From NCBI RefSeq assembly GCF_009914755.1, contig NC_060941.1: a stretch of DNA of 64,000 nt. The stretch is one strand, 5' to 3'. Origin of the DNA: the human T2T-CHM13v2.0 reference genome, Homo sapiens. The notes under the pieces are model-generated. The model saw only the letters and a list, made by a program, of their open reading frames with translations, was not told the DNA's origin and made no database searches. The position numbers and the translations under genes were made by a program. Below are positions 1-14,280 of this stretch, piece by piece (the first letter of the stretch is position 1; each line of letters opens with the position of its first letter).

Positions 1-112
1 ATACAGAGCCCTTAACTCTTCCCCAGGATTACTGAATTAGGCTCAGCTGTCTACATATTTAAAAGTACTCTAAATGATTCTAATGTACCCTGAATTTGGA
101 CACAACTGCTCC
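1..112. mobile_element. MER5-like hAT-Charlie DNA transposon fragment (degraded)
   Basis: 'tttaaaagtactctaaatgattctaatgtaccctgaatttggacacaactgct' resembles the MER5A terminal segment. Confidence 0.35.
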
Positions 113-1225
113 ATAAGGTGTCATGGAGCAGCAACCCATGGATCATCAATGTACCGTCCTCCTCCAGAGCATTGATGTGCTGAGAAGTAGAAGGTATTAG
201 AGGCAGAAGCCATCATTCCTTACAAGGGAGAATGGGAGTAGTGGGTCTTGATGCCGACAGCAGACACAGGGATGATGTCCACCGTAACCTGGATAACGTC
301 ATAATAATGTAACATAGTAAATATGATTTAAAGGAGGAGTACCTTCAAAATAAGACAGGAAGAAGCCTGTCAAGTCACTCAAGCTCTTCTTTGCCCCAAA
401 ACAGTTGCCTATGACACTTTACCAAAGCATTATTACTTAAAGGTTTTAAAGTAACATAGACCAGCAGCACCACCTTGCATGCCATATTTGAGCTTTTTAA
501 AGAGCCCATTGCCTAGTAAGGGTACATGAATTCAGTAAGGCATAGGTCTGCTAGACACAGGCATTCAACGCTCTGGAGGAGATTATATGAAACTAAGAGT
601 TGAGAGTCACTTTTGAGTGATGTAGCGACGCAAATAAGAATTTTCAAATCTGTCAAAATGTAGGCTGTTAAGTTTGACCTGGGGCACTAAGTCTGAAGGG
701 TTAACAGAGAAGTGATGAGCCAATGTAAAGCTGTATACACACGTGCACACACACAGGAGCTGGGTGAGAATGTTCATAAAGCAACAGGGAAATGTGGTTA
801 GTGAGCACCTGGCAAAATGGCTTTACAAATGCTTTCCCTGAGTTTTAGGTAGAGGAATGTCTTGTTGGTGTAAGCATACAAACCAAAGAGCTCTGAAGTA
901 ATTCACTATTGCCTTGAACTTTAGGTGACCCAAATCAAGGAATAAGGGATAGCTTAATTTAATGAAAGTAGAAGGTAAAAAAAAAAAAAAAAAAAAAGTT
1001 CAGTCTATTTGGTAAGAAAACCTCTTTGGCAAACAGCAGACATGATGTTGCTGATGGAATCTTTAAAGAGGTAGCGGATTTGGTGAAGGACTTGTGTTTG
1101 GCATGGAAGGGCTGGGCAAGAAGAACCCTCTCCATTGCATAGCAGAGGGTTCCCCCTTTCAAGCGTGCTTAGGGAGATGGAGTTAGTGGCTGAAACACAA
1201 ATTTAAGCCCTTTGAAATGTAATAT

Positions 1226-1245
1226 CCTACGCCCTCTGGTGGTTA
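1226..1245 (-). promoter_or_regulatory. Candidate CTCF binding site
   Basis: Minus strand reads CCACCAGAGGGCG (1242-1230), matching the CTCF core CCASYAGRKGGCR; lies in unique sequence with the CpG retained. Confidence 0.55.
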
Positions 1246-1951
1246 CATTTTTTAAAAATCGTACTAAAGAAAACAGGTTGAAGAAATCATAGAATGCCAA
1301 TTACAGGAATAACAGGGATCTTAAGTGTCATTTGTCAGAGCTGTATTCAAGATGCCCTTATCGTTAGTTAAAGGTGTCAGCCCCTGAATCAGAAAGAAAA
1401 AAAAAGCCTTATTTAATCAGTTTTGCAAATGCTTGAGAAGTCAGCTTTCTCCCGGTTTTTCTCCATCACTTTTCAGGAACTTTTCCATTATGCCTCTGTC
1501 GTCAGAATACTTCCGAGATTTGGAAGATAGTGACTCCACTTGGGATGGCTCTGAGGTCCTGCTCCTTCTTGGTATTTTGATAGAAAAGCCTTTTGCCACT
1601 CAAAGGGGAATTTCTAAAAGAAACTTCAAACCACACAATTACTTTAAAAGGGTGATCACACAGTAATACATTGAATGATGCCTGGCCAGGATCTAACAAA
1701 CTTGTCTGTTTCCCTCTTTGTTGTGTCTGGGAGACAGAAAGACAGCCTGGCCATTCTCATGGCAAACTGTCATTAAATTATATCAAGTGTAAATAGTTGT
1801 GACTGACACTGTTAACAAAGAACAGGAATCCAGGAACAAAAGGGCACTTCAATGAAGATTAGATGTTCCTTAAGCAACAGATTTTAAGGACCTAGATTCC
1901 ATAAAATTAGAGTTCTGATTAAGTCTTATAGATATATGTGTATGACATATG

Positions 1952-3547
1952 CAAGAGGACTTAGATAAAAATTTCAGAGAAAAATTGAATTAAAGATAAA
2001 AATTAAAAATACAAGCTTTGTCAACATAAGCTTCCTCAAGTTCGGGACACTTTTGTAAGTGATGATACCTGCCATTTAGTCCACCTATAAAAAACCGATG
2101 GTCCTTGGAATTTAACCATGTCAATGCAGTGTTTTTTCCATATTAGCTGAAGAAAAATAGGTACCTTAAAATTTTTTGTTTTAGGATCAGAAAACAAAAA
2201 GAAGTCAGAAGGATCCAGATTAGGACTGTAACATGGATACTTAATGATTTCCCATTAAAACTCTCATAAAATTGTCTTTGTTTATTAGAGGGATGAGCAG
2301 GAGCATTGTCCTGGTGGAGAAGCACTCTTTGGTGAAGCTTTCCTGTGTGTTTTTCTGCTAAAGCTTTGGCTTTCTCATAACACTCTTATCATAAGCAGAT
2401 GTTATTATTCTTTGGCCCTCCAGCAAATCAACAAACAAAATGCCTCAAGCATCTCAAAAAACTGTTGTCATGATCTTTGCTCTTGGCTGGTCTACTTTGG
2501 CTATGACTGGACCACTTCTATTTCTTGGGAGCCATTATTTTGATTGTGCTTTGACAGCAGGACACACTAATAAAGCCATGTTTCCTCTCCTGTTACAATT
2601 CTTTGAAGAATACTTCAGGATCTTGATTCTATTTGTTTAAAATTTTCATTGAAAGCTCTGTTCTTGTCTGCAGCTGATTTGTGCACAACAGTTTTTGCAC
2701 CTATCAAGGGGAAAGTTTACTCACCTTTAATTTTTCAGTCAAAATTGTGTGGCTCACGCCTGTAATCCCAGCACTTTGGGAGGCCTAGGCAGGTGGCTTA
2801 CCTGAGGTCAGGAGTTCGAGACCAGCCTGCCCAACATGGCCAAACCCCATCTCTACTAAAAATACAAAAAATTATCAGGGTGGATGTGGTGGTGGGTGCC
2901 TGTAATCCCAGCTACTCGGGAGTCTGAGGCAGGAGAAGCACTTGAACTGGGGAGGCAGAAGTTGCAGTGAGCTGAGGTTGCACTCCAGCCTGGGCGACAA
3001 GAGCGAAACTCCGTCTCAAAGAAAAAAAAAGAAAAGCAAGAAAAAAGCCGTGTAAACTAAACGAATTGAAATATCTATTGTGTTGGCTGTTGGTTCTGCT
3101 ATTAATTGGTGGTTCTCTTCAATTAAGGCATAAACAAAATTAATTTTTTTCTTGCAAACTGATGTCGATGGTCTGCTCCTTTGGGCTCATTTCAACATCA
3201 TCTCATTGACAATTTAAAGTGAGTTACTCATTTATAAATTACTGATTTATTTGGGACATTGTTTCCATAAACTTTTCATAAAGTGACAATGATTTTGCCA
3301 TTCTTTCGCCCAAGCTTTACCATAAATTTGATGTTTGTTCTTGCTTCAATTTTGGAAGAATTCATATTGCTTTGATAGGGAATCATTTCAAACTCATGTT
3401 TTGTAATTCTTAGTGCCTCTAATTAGATCCTGTTCAGTCATATTGTAACAAATTGGTACAAGTTTATTTGGTGCAAAATTTTTTTTGAAATCTATACGTA
3501 GATTTTGCAAAATAAACATTTTCCATAAAGCTTCTGACAACCCCTTA
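1952..3547 (-). mobile_element. HSMAR2 mariner DNA transposon, near full length, decayed transposase, interrupted by an Alu
   Basis: Both TIR-like ends present (caagaggactt...aaaattgaattaaagataaaa; cattttccataaagcttctgacaacccctta); ORF 2143-2325(-) contains LLHQDNAPAH, the mariner catalytic HDNA motif; about 1.3 kb after removing the Alu. Confidence 0.9.
2749..3046 (+). mobile_element. Alu (AluSq/Sx-like) inserted in HSMAR2
   Basis: gtggctcacgcctgtaatcccagcactttgggagg ... gggcgacaagagcgaaactccgtctc plus A tail; slightly 5' truncated. Confidence 0.95.
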
Positions 3548-4404
3548 TTTATAGCAAGATCTTTATTTAGCTAGATATGTAAAGCTAGAATATACATTCA
3601 TACAATGCAAACAGCATAATATATGTTTAACAAATATTTACGAATAAATCAAAGGAGGAGAAATCTGAAAAGGTCTTATATTTTGTGCCTAGATTTTTCT
3701 GAAAATTTATTTTCTAACAAATCATACGGTGATTTTGATTTGGTGGTGGGAAGAGTGGTGGGTGGGTTGGAGGATGTTGTTAAATTGGAGAAAATTTAGA
3801 TTCAGAGCAAAATAAAAGGTATCTTTAAAACATTTTTTGTTTTTTAAATTTGTTTGTATTTTCTATTTTCATTTTTTTCTACATTTAAATAAGAAAGTTT
3901 GTATTATGCAAATCCCAGGAACTGTATTAAGTTGAATTATCACTATAGAGGTGAATGGTTCCGTAAAATACAGTTAGTGGAACCTTGTTAAAAACACCCT
4001 AATATCCTAAAATGACTTTGAAATGTGATCTGAAAACCCTGTCATTTTCCAGTTTGAAAATGTAGAAATCTAAAACCAATTATAATAGAGAAAAAAATTT
4101 AAGTGAATGTGATTTTGTGTGTTGTTAGGAGTCCCTTCACTTTCCTGTGTACAATTGGCTTTCCTATATGAAAGCACTTGCATTTGATGGCCCGTTTATA
4201 AGGAAAACCTTTGATTGCAACCTTTTGGAATTCGTTATGTTTATTTCCAGCTGGACATCAATTTAACTGACCATTGTGTTTGGCTTCCAGTTATGAAATG
4301 AAGGAATCTCTAGGTTTAAAAATCCTAATAATTGTTTCTGAAGCAGCTTTAACCACTGGCAGTCCAGCAGATATTCACTGAGGCACTAGTATTTCTCTTG
4401 AGTT

Positions 4405-4515
4405 AAAAGAAAAAGAAAAAGAAAAAAGAATGAAGAAAAAAAAGGAAGGAAGGAAAGAAGAGAGCTGGAGAGAGGGAATGAGGGAGGGGGAAAGGAGGGA
4501 GAGAGGGAGAAAGGG
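4405..4515 (+). repeat. Purine-rich low-complexity tract (GA-rich, G-runs)
   Basis: aaaagaaaaag...ggaaggaagg...gagggaatgagggagggggaaaggagggagagaggg. Confidence 0.8.
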
Positions 4516-4717
4516 ATATTTAGCAGCTCTGTAGATTTCTCTTAAAAAGAAACACTTAAACAATGTACTTTCACACATTTGTCCAGTGCAGTTACTGGCA
4601 TATAACTGATTCACAATAATGATTTTTAATTAAACTCTTGGTCCCAGTGCAAAAAATAAATATGCCCAGAAAATAAAAATATAAAAGCCTCACCAAAACT
4701 TTAATAACTTTAATAAA

Positions 4718-5456
4718 CTTTTATTATGTTAATTGACATATAATTGCACAGATTTATGGGGACCAGTGTGATGTTTTGATACATGTATGCAATGTGTAAT
4801 GATCAAATCAAGGTAATTAGCAAATCCAAACCTTAAATACTTATTATCTCTTTGTGTTCAGAACATTCAAAATTCTCTCTTCTGATTGCTAAAAAAATAG
4901 AATAAATTGTTAACTACAGTCACCTTACAAATGCTGTGAAACACTAGAACTTATTCCTTCTATCTTGCTGTAATTTTGTTTTGGTTAAACAACGTCTCCT
5001 TATCCCTGCTCACTTTTCATCCTTTAGTAACCACTATTCTACTCTCTACTTCTATGAGATTGACATTTTAGCTTCCATATATGAGTGAGAACATGCAGTG
5101 TTTATCTTTCTGAACCTGGCTTATTTCACTTAACACAGTGTCCTACAGATTCATCCACATTGCCACTAATGATAGAATGTTACTCTTTTTTAATGACTGA
5201 ATATTCCATTCTATATTATAATTATATATAATGGAGTAATATGTATTTATAATATAGTTGTTTATATATGTGTGTGTGTGTGTATATATATATGTGTGTG
5301 TGTGTGTATAGCCATTATGGAAAGTAATATAATTATATATGTATATATAAAATCACATCTATATGTAAAACTTTTTATTTCTTTGTTCAGTCTTGTAGGT
5401 TATATGTATCCAGGAATTTACCTATGTCCTTTAGGTTTTCTAATTTGTTATTTTAC

Positions 5457-5525
<69 letters not shown>

Positions 5526-5615
5526 AACATTTTCCTTTTCCATTCACCTGTAGATGGGCATTGAGGTCATTTCCATATCTTGGCTGTTGTAAATAGTGCG
5601 GCCATAAACATTAGA
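4718..5615 (-). mobile_element. L1MA-type LINE-1 3' end, interrupted by TA/CA microsatellites
   Basis: gatacatgtatgcaatgtgtaatgatcaaatcaaggtaattagc...tatgagtgagaacatgcag...ttccatatcttggctgttgtaaatagtgc are typical antisense L1MA 3'UTR segments. Confidence 0.8.
5210..5526. repeat. Compound (TA)n/(TG)n/(CA)n microsatellite region
   Basis: Visible tatatgtgtgtg runs and (TA)n(CA)n(TA)n at 5457-5525. Confidence 0.9.
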
Positions 5616-5616
5616 A

Positions 5617-6860
<1,244 letters not shown>

Positions 6861-6919
6861 AATATTGTGACATCCAAGATTTATTTTTATTTCAAAGGAT
6901 TAAAATTAATAGTTGTAAC

Positions 6920-7260
6920 AGTCCACTGTGAAGTAAAAACTACCCAAATATTTATTGACAATAGAATGGATATATAAATTGTTGTCTAATCATACATTAG
7001 AGTAATATCCAACAATGGCAGTAAATTATTTGTAATTGTATGCAACAACATGGACGAATCTCAAAACATCATGTTGAGTAAAAGAAGCCAGACTCAAGAG
7101 TGTACATATTGTATAATACCCCTTATAGAATAAACAAAGTTGTGCAAAATTACTCTTTGCTATTAAAGGGAGAAATGCTAGTGACAGAAAGTGATCATGA
7201 GACATTTTCTTTGATGCTACTTAAGTATATGCATTTGAGTATATGCATACATATTTTAAA
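6920..7260 (+). mobile_element. L1ME/L1MC 3' fragment
   Basis: atgcaacaacatggacgaatctcaaaacatcatgttgagtaaaagaagccagac, a hallmark of old L1M 3' ends. Confidence 0.7.
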
Positions 7261-7274
7261 GATGGCATCTAAAG

Positions 7275-7745
7275 TGGTCTTTCTAAAACGAAAATATAAT
7301 CATAAAAATCTCATGCCCAAAAAGTTTATACTCTAAAAGGCTCACCATTTCAAACAGATAACATCCGCCTAATCTTTAACATGGCTAACCCAATTTTTCA
7401 TATCGACTTCTCTGACTTCTCTTGGCTTATCTTTCTTTTGGATTCCTTACCCAAACCTTTATATATTCATGTACACCTCACTAATTATCCACAGTTTTCT
7501 TATTATTCATTAAATTCCCCACTTGGTCTCCTTCTTACATGTTCTCCCCAATCTGGTTAGAGATCTCTCCTACTTCCTCCCAAAGCACCATGTGTTTCCT
7601 TCAGCTTAGCAGTTACCACATTCCTTGGTAAGTACTAATCAATTTGTATGTTTACCGGACTCAGACTGTGACGACAAGGACCTTATTTATCCCCACTGTA
7701 AAGTCTTGTGCCTGGAATACAACCGAATCTGAATATCTGTTTTCT
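7275..7745 (+). mobile_element. L2 3' fragment (degraded)
   Basis: gtctttctaaaac..., cagactgtga...aggacctt...gtgcctgg resemble the L2 3' end. Confidence 0.4.
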
Positions 7746-8789
7746 GTATAACTAATTCTATCATGGATGAGATTTTTATAATTATTAATGTGATGTTTCT
7801 TCTTTTGCTATTTTATTTATAAGGCTTTTTGTCTTTATGAATGTACAATTGGGACCTCTGTTTGTGTGAGAAAATTAAGATTTATTATATAAAGTATTCA
7901 TGAAAAATGCTGCATGTTAGAATATTAATTCATCTTCTAACATGCAGTATGTGAGTATGTGTGTTTATACTGTATATGTATTCTTTATGCAGATATAGAA
8001 AGTAAGCTAATATTGACTTCCCTCTTTTTTGTCATTATAAGGTTTTATAGGAAACCAAGTGTTTTCTCAAGAAAAACTAAGAATCACCTTAAAAATTAGT
8101 TTGAGTTACCCAATTGTATATTAGTTATATTATTTTACTCTGCTACCCATGAGGCAGGGTTAAAGACAGAAGGCTAGATAAGTGATTCACAAAAATAAAG
8201 ATAATAGAATATATATATAATATATATATACATCTCCAAGTTGTACTGTGAGTTTAAATATATGACCCACTTACTAATCAATCAATGGAGAAAAGCTATG
8301 ACATATTTTTAAGGTGACATGTTAGAGGTATTTCATGAATATTTGAGATTTGATAAGACACACATATTAGGTATTAGCTAAGTATTCCTAATTATTAATG
8401 TAAACTAGACTAGAATGTGCATTAGAAAGAGTAGTAGATATATTGTCACAAAAGCTGAGTGCGAAAAGCAACACCAGCAACTTCCAGGGTGATGCCGAAT
8501 ATATTATTGCAGGCTTGAGTTCCCTCATCTCTAAAATAAAAGAATTGGAACAACTGATTCATATGTTAGGCTAATATTCTATGCTCTTCCCTGAACTGAA
8601 AAGCCTCTTTAAAAGTTTTTTTAATGTAATGATTTAGCTATAATACTGCCTTTAAAAAGGGATTGACAGAGGAAGCATTTGAATTTCAATCTGGCCTTAC
8701 ATGCATTTCTTTTGAAAAGTCATTAGAAATGTCTTTAGAAAGGTACTATGTGTTTTTAAGGGCAACATATTAGTTATTGTAGTTTTTGA

Positions 8790-9285
8790 GCACATTTCCA
8801 TAACACATGTGTTGTGGGGTGTTACCACCACCCCAATCAAAACATAAAATGTTTCCATCTTCTCATAACCTTTCCTCTCACTACATTTGGTCAATCCTCT
8901 TGTACTCTATCACCATGGATGAATTTTATCTATTTTAGAACTTCATATAAATTGATTCATGTAGTATGTTCTCTTTTGTCTCATACTTCCCTCATTCAAA
9001 ATAATGTCTTTGAGAATTAGTTTGTGTTATTTGCCTATCAGTTGCTTGTATGTTTTTTAATTTTTATTTTTCAACTTAGTAGTCTTCCATTGTATACATA
9101 TACCACAATTTATTTCTCCATTCACTTGTTGATAAACATTTAGTTTTTTTTTCTGATATTTGGTAATTATAAAAAAAAATGCTAGAAAAATTCTTGAACA
9201 AGTTTTTTTGGGAGACACATGTTTTTATTCTTCTAGGATAAACATCTGAGAGTGGAATTGTTGAGTCATGGACTTAACACATTTT
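8790..9285 (-). mobile_element. L1MB/ME 3' fragment
   Basis: accaccaccccaatcaaaacataaaatgtttccatc...taccacaatttatttctccattcacttgttgataaacattt...gagtggaattgttgagtcat. Confidence 0.7.
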
Positions 9286-9696
9286 TAAAATAAAATTTTA
9301 AAGTAAAAATAATTTAAAAAAGAAAAGATCTTTCATGAATTTAGTAGTTTATTTCTGAGTGTAATCGACTTCATTATTTTGGCCTTTTTTTTGATGGGGG
9401 GGTGGTGGCTGGAGACTTGCCTAACTTATGGGAATCTGGAATTGCCCTTGGCATTGCATGTGGCAACACAATGGTACAGAAGCTTTTGTGAAAGTTTTTG
9501 TTTCCATGAATGATGGGAACTGCCAAAATTGAGAATTATGCACTCTGAGTGAACTTTCACATAGCTTAGGTTGGCATCACCAAGTGAGAAGCCCAGGACT
9601 TAAAAAATAAGGTAAAACAAGACAGGAGGTTTTTGTTTTGTTTTTCCTAGACTATGGCTCAAGGACCACCTGAACGGAAATCCCCTGGGTAGCTGA

Positions 9697-10012
<316 letters not shown>

Positions 10013-10087
10013 TAGACGCACTTTTTAACAAGCATGTAAGAGACTCTTACACATAGTGAAATGTAAGAATTGCTAGATCAATCTAAA

Positions 10088-10266
10088 CCAGAGATCCTCT
10101 GCTGTGGCGGCACATTTGCATCACCAAGGGAGCTTTCAAAATTGCCATGCCCTTGACATGCCTAAGACCAATTAAGTCAGGATCTCTAGGCATGACCACC
10201 AGATATCAGTATTATTTAAGTCTCCCCAAGTAGTTACAATGAGTAGCCAAGGATGAGATCTTCTGG
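10088..10266. mobile_element. MER5A/MER5A1 hAT-Charlie element
   Basis: cacatttgcatcaccaaggggagctttcaaaa...agaccaattaagtcaggatctct...ctccccaagtagttacaatgagtagccaaggatgaga. Confidence 0.65.
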
Positions 10267-11466
10267 TCTATTCTATGTCATCCTTAGCACATCTGAGAGC
10301 TCCACTGCCTGCATGTCTGATGTTTTGTTGTACAACTACGTCATTCTGACAATATTTCAAAGCATTGAAAGAACATTTATTTCCTTTGTACAAAATGCCT
10401 TGAGCAAGCAAGATTGTCTCAGGTGCATTTGCCGTAATTGCTTGCCTTGGTCTTATTACCTTGTGAAAAATTATGTATCTTTAATCTATGCTTTGGGTGG
10501 CAAAATTAATTAATAATTAACTTTGTACTTACCTAATAAAATAATGTTGATGTAAAGTCCTCTAAGTAGTCCTCTCACTTACTAATTTTATCTATGTATT
10601 GGCATGAATATCTTGGTTGAACCAAAGAAATAAAACCTAAAATATATGCCTCACAAAAATGTGCTTTATTTAAGTAGATTCAATGAATGAGATATCAGCT
10701 CTCCTCAAATCATTATAATGTACCTGTAAGTAACGAACTTTCATAATGTATTTAATCTATAAAAATGATTCTATATGCAGCTTTTCAGGAATGCATGCAT
10801 ATATTTCAGAAAGTAAAATTCCCTTTTTTTCCAGGGGAAGACTTACTAAGATATTCCACTTGAATGTATGAAGTACTTGATAAAGTGCATTTCTGCTTTA
10901 CATGGTTGGAATTCTACTTTAGTGCTAACCTTGCATTTTTAAATTTTGCTAATAGAGACCATATAAAAATTCACCTGCAAAGCAACTTAAAGAATGTTCT
11001 TATTTATTATTTGTAAATGTGGCATCCTTTACCTATCATGCACACCCTGCAACATCTCCCCCAATTAAATAGATTTTGTTCTTCAATGAAGTACAATAGT
11101 TTGATGGATTACATTTAGGAAAACACGTCAGTCAATATGAACCACCGAATCCCAAAATGCTATTCAAATACCCTTATGATCTCTTTAACAAACAAAAGCC
11201 TTCAGACATCATGTAAGAACCATTGCATCTTTACTTTTTAATGCAATACAATTATTTGTGCCTACCTAAAGGTAACCAGATACAGGTTGCCTTTTGAAGT
11301 TTGCAGTAGCTTCATTTTATTCTGAACCAGAAAGTTAGCCACACCAGAGAACACTTTTTTCCCATTGTCTTCTTCAAATGTGGTTTTGATTGCCCATTGA
11401 CAAAGCCAAGCTAGTGATCAGTATATTGTGATTCTCCTAATTAAAAGCATGCTAACACCTAGAATA

Positions 11467-11799
11467 CAGTAGTTGTCCCTTATCCATGGGGGATATGTTC
11501 CAAGATCCCCAGTGGATCCTGAAGCCGTGGGTACTGAACCCTATATATACCCTGTTTTTTTTTCTATACATACACACCTATGACTAAATTTAAGTATAAA
11601 TTGGACACAGTAACAGATTAACAACAATCACTAATAATAGAAAAATTATGACAATATTTTGTAATAGAAGTTGTGTGAATGTGGTCTCTCTTTCTCTCAA
11701 AATATCTTACTGTGATGTACTCACCTGTTTTCAGACCATGGTTGACTGTGGGTAACTAAAACCATGGCAACCAAAACCAGGGATAAAAGGGCACTACTG
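11467..11799 (-). mobile_element. MER44A (TcMar-Tigger) non-autonomous DNA transposon, complete
   Basis: TIRs cagtagttgtcccttatcc / ggataaaagggcactactg, TA on both flanks, 333 bp. Confidence 0.85.
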
Positions 11800-13924
11800 T
11801 AAACCATTCCCATAGTCCCACAACTCCCATGATAAAGACTTCACACTATAAATGAAAGAACTGTTTGATTGGCACAGACCCATCTTTGAGAGAGCCTGGA
11901 GAGCCTGGCCACCCTCCCCCCACAATATGTGCCAATGTGCCAATCATGTCTCTTTGGAATTTCACAGGCCATAGCCTTTGTTATGTGCCCTTAAAACAGC
12001 CCCTGTCCATCTACCATGCTGTTGGCTCTCTGCCATCCTTTCTAGCACTCTTAAAACAGACTATAATTGGCATTTGCTTGGCTGGGAGTCAATTTATTTT
12101 ATTGCTACCTTTCCCAGTTGCCTTAACCGTTGGATGTCTTGACAGTTGGCAAATGTAGACTGTGGTTCTGATATGTCACATAAAATCTGTTGGATGAATA
12201 CTTTCCTCTAGGAAAAAGTGAAAGTGAAATCCCATCCTGGTCCACCCTCTTTCCAAAACAATAAACATTTCCTGGCTTCCACAATTCCCCTAATCATTTA
12301 AAGCAGTACAGTTGTTATGGAATGGGCAGCTGAACTTAATGCGTGTCTGGACCATCTGTTCTAGTATTTAGTCTTAAAGAAGATTGCTTAAGTGACTACA
12401 GTTCATTGCAAAGAGGGTGAGTTCCATCAGGGAAAGTGCTAGGGTACTATGTCATAGAAAAACATAATCCAGAGACTCTGGAAGGACTATTTTTCACTTA
12501 GCAATGCTTAACATCCATGGAAAAAAATAAATTATTTTCCTAGGTACACAAGTAATACACAGACAAACTTGTCTCCAAATTTGTGATTTGTGTTACATTA
12601 TGGACACAAATATGATATGGTTGTAGAAGAGACACAAAGAGTTTTATCGCTTTATTTTCTTGAGACATATTTTTTTAATTATAGAAACATCCTAAGTTCA
12701 AAAAGTCAGACAAAGGTCAGACAATTTACACATAATAAATGGCATGAAGTAGATAGGCAAGAAATACTGAGATTATAGAGGTAAGAATATTTTATTAAGT
12801 GAAATTCCTCACATAGCTTTTAACTATGACATTCACTATATTTCTGGGCCAGAGATTTTACAAATAATGAAGTACTTTTGTTGTTTCAACAGACTTTACC
12901 ACAAGGTTCTGGTTTTGTTTAACGTTAGTGTAGGACAAATTAAGACTGTCCAGTATATGAAACCTTCAAACTTGAGAATATATAAACAGTACAGACATTA
13001 TGGACCATAGTACTCACTCAGGAAACTAATTTTTTATGTGATCTCACATCATCCAAGTGCATGACTCAGTTCAGTCAAATGCCCAGAATATAAATGGAAG
13101 CAAGGCTAGTAGTAACAGTGACAGAGCAAGTTGTTATAAGAAGAACTTCCAATTATGAAGCATCCAAAAATGGAAATTTCTGCCTCTTCAAGCAGGAAGT
13201 AAATCAAATTTGAAAATATTAGGGAAAAAAAGCCTGGGAGTCTTCAAATGAGATACATACTTTGGATGAGGGATTTGCCAAGATGGCCATTGTGATTCTA
13301 GAGCGTTAAACAAATTGTACCTTAAAATTGTATAATGTAGACAGTCGTGTGTGGGCCAAGTAACTTAATGAAAGACAAATAGAGTTTCCTTTTTCTTTGT
13401 GTCATTGAGAAAAATATATATATTTTAAATTTACTTCTAGGAATATTTACTAATTGAAAATAATTCATAAATGGAGTCAAATAGAGTTGACAATGAATGA
13501 ATAACCAAGAGTAGATGGAAAGAGATTAGTAAAGATAAGCAATTGTGGAATAATCTTATAGTACTTTTGAGTGCTTTTTATTTTGTGAATTAAATTATGT
13601 GAAATGATAAATGATTTATAGCATAATCGAAAGAAGAATGACACCACAGCGAAGGCCCATATTGAGCAGCAAGTCAACTGCTAGGGCTACGCGAGGCAAA
13701 GTTGGTTGGCAACCAGGTTCCTCAATAGCTGTCATGCTCCAGAAAAGAGCCACTTCTACAGCAGGTTCCAGAAAAAATAAAGGGGATAGATTAACGTAAA
13801 CATTCAAATAAAGAAAAAAAAAGACAACACGTAAGGCGCAAACGTTCCCTGCTAGTTTCTACTGATATTTTTTATTAACATTCCTTCAGTTTGTTGGAGG
13901 AGACAGTGATTTACCTTAAAAATA

Positions 13925-14280
13925 TTTCCTAGCCTCACTTGAGGTTGCAGGTGACCGTGCGATTAGGCTTTAGCCAATGAAATATGAATGAGTGTCCCAT
14001 GAATGAGGGCTTCCAGAAAGCTCCATGAGAGTAGATTTGTGTGAAAAGTTCATTTTGCTCCTCTCTTTTGGAATAAGGAGGCCAATTTGAAAGCACAAGA
14101 AACAGTGAAAGAAGAGCTACAAGGAGCCTGAGTTTTCAATCACCATGTGCTTGCGTGCTAGCTTTGGGTTGTCTACTTCTAAACTTAATTTATGTGAGAG
14201 AAAAATAAACTTCTAATCTATTTAAGCCATTGTGTTTTAGTTTTCTATTTTTATCAGTTCTAAGCAGTGTCGAATTGATA
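13925..14280 (+). mobile_element. MLT1-family (old MaLR) LTR
   Basis: ctagcctcacttgagg...tagccaatgaaat...gagagaaaaataaacttctaatctatttaagccattgt. Confidence 0.6.

Noticed and set aside
1123-1152. 9-bp hairpin gaaccctct / agagggttc
   Set aside because: A few stems of this length are expected by chance in 64 kb; no other support
1433-1666. 77-aa ORF with an acceptor-like ttttcag
   Set aside because: No convincing donor, no recognisable protein, non-ATG start
2143-2640. ORFs with a transposase-like motif
   Set aside because: Fragments of the decayed HSMAR2 transposase; no intact reading frame
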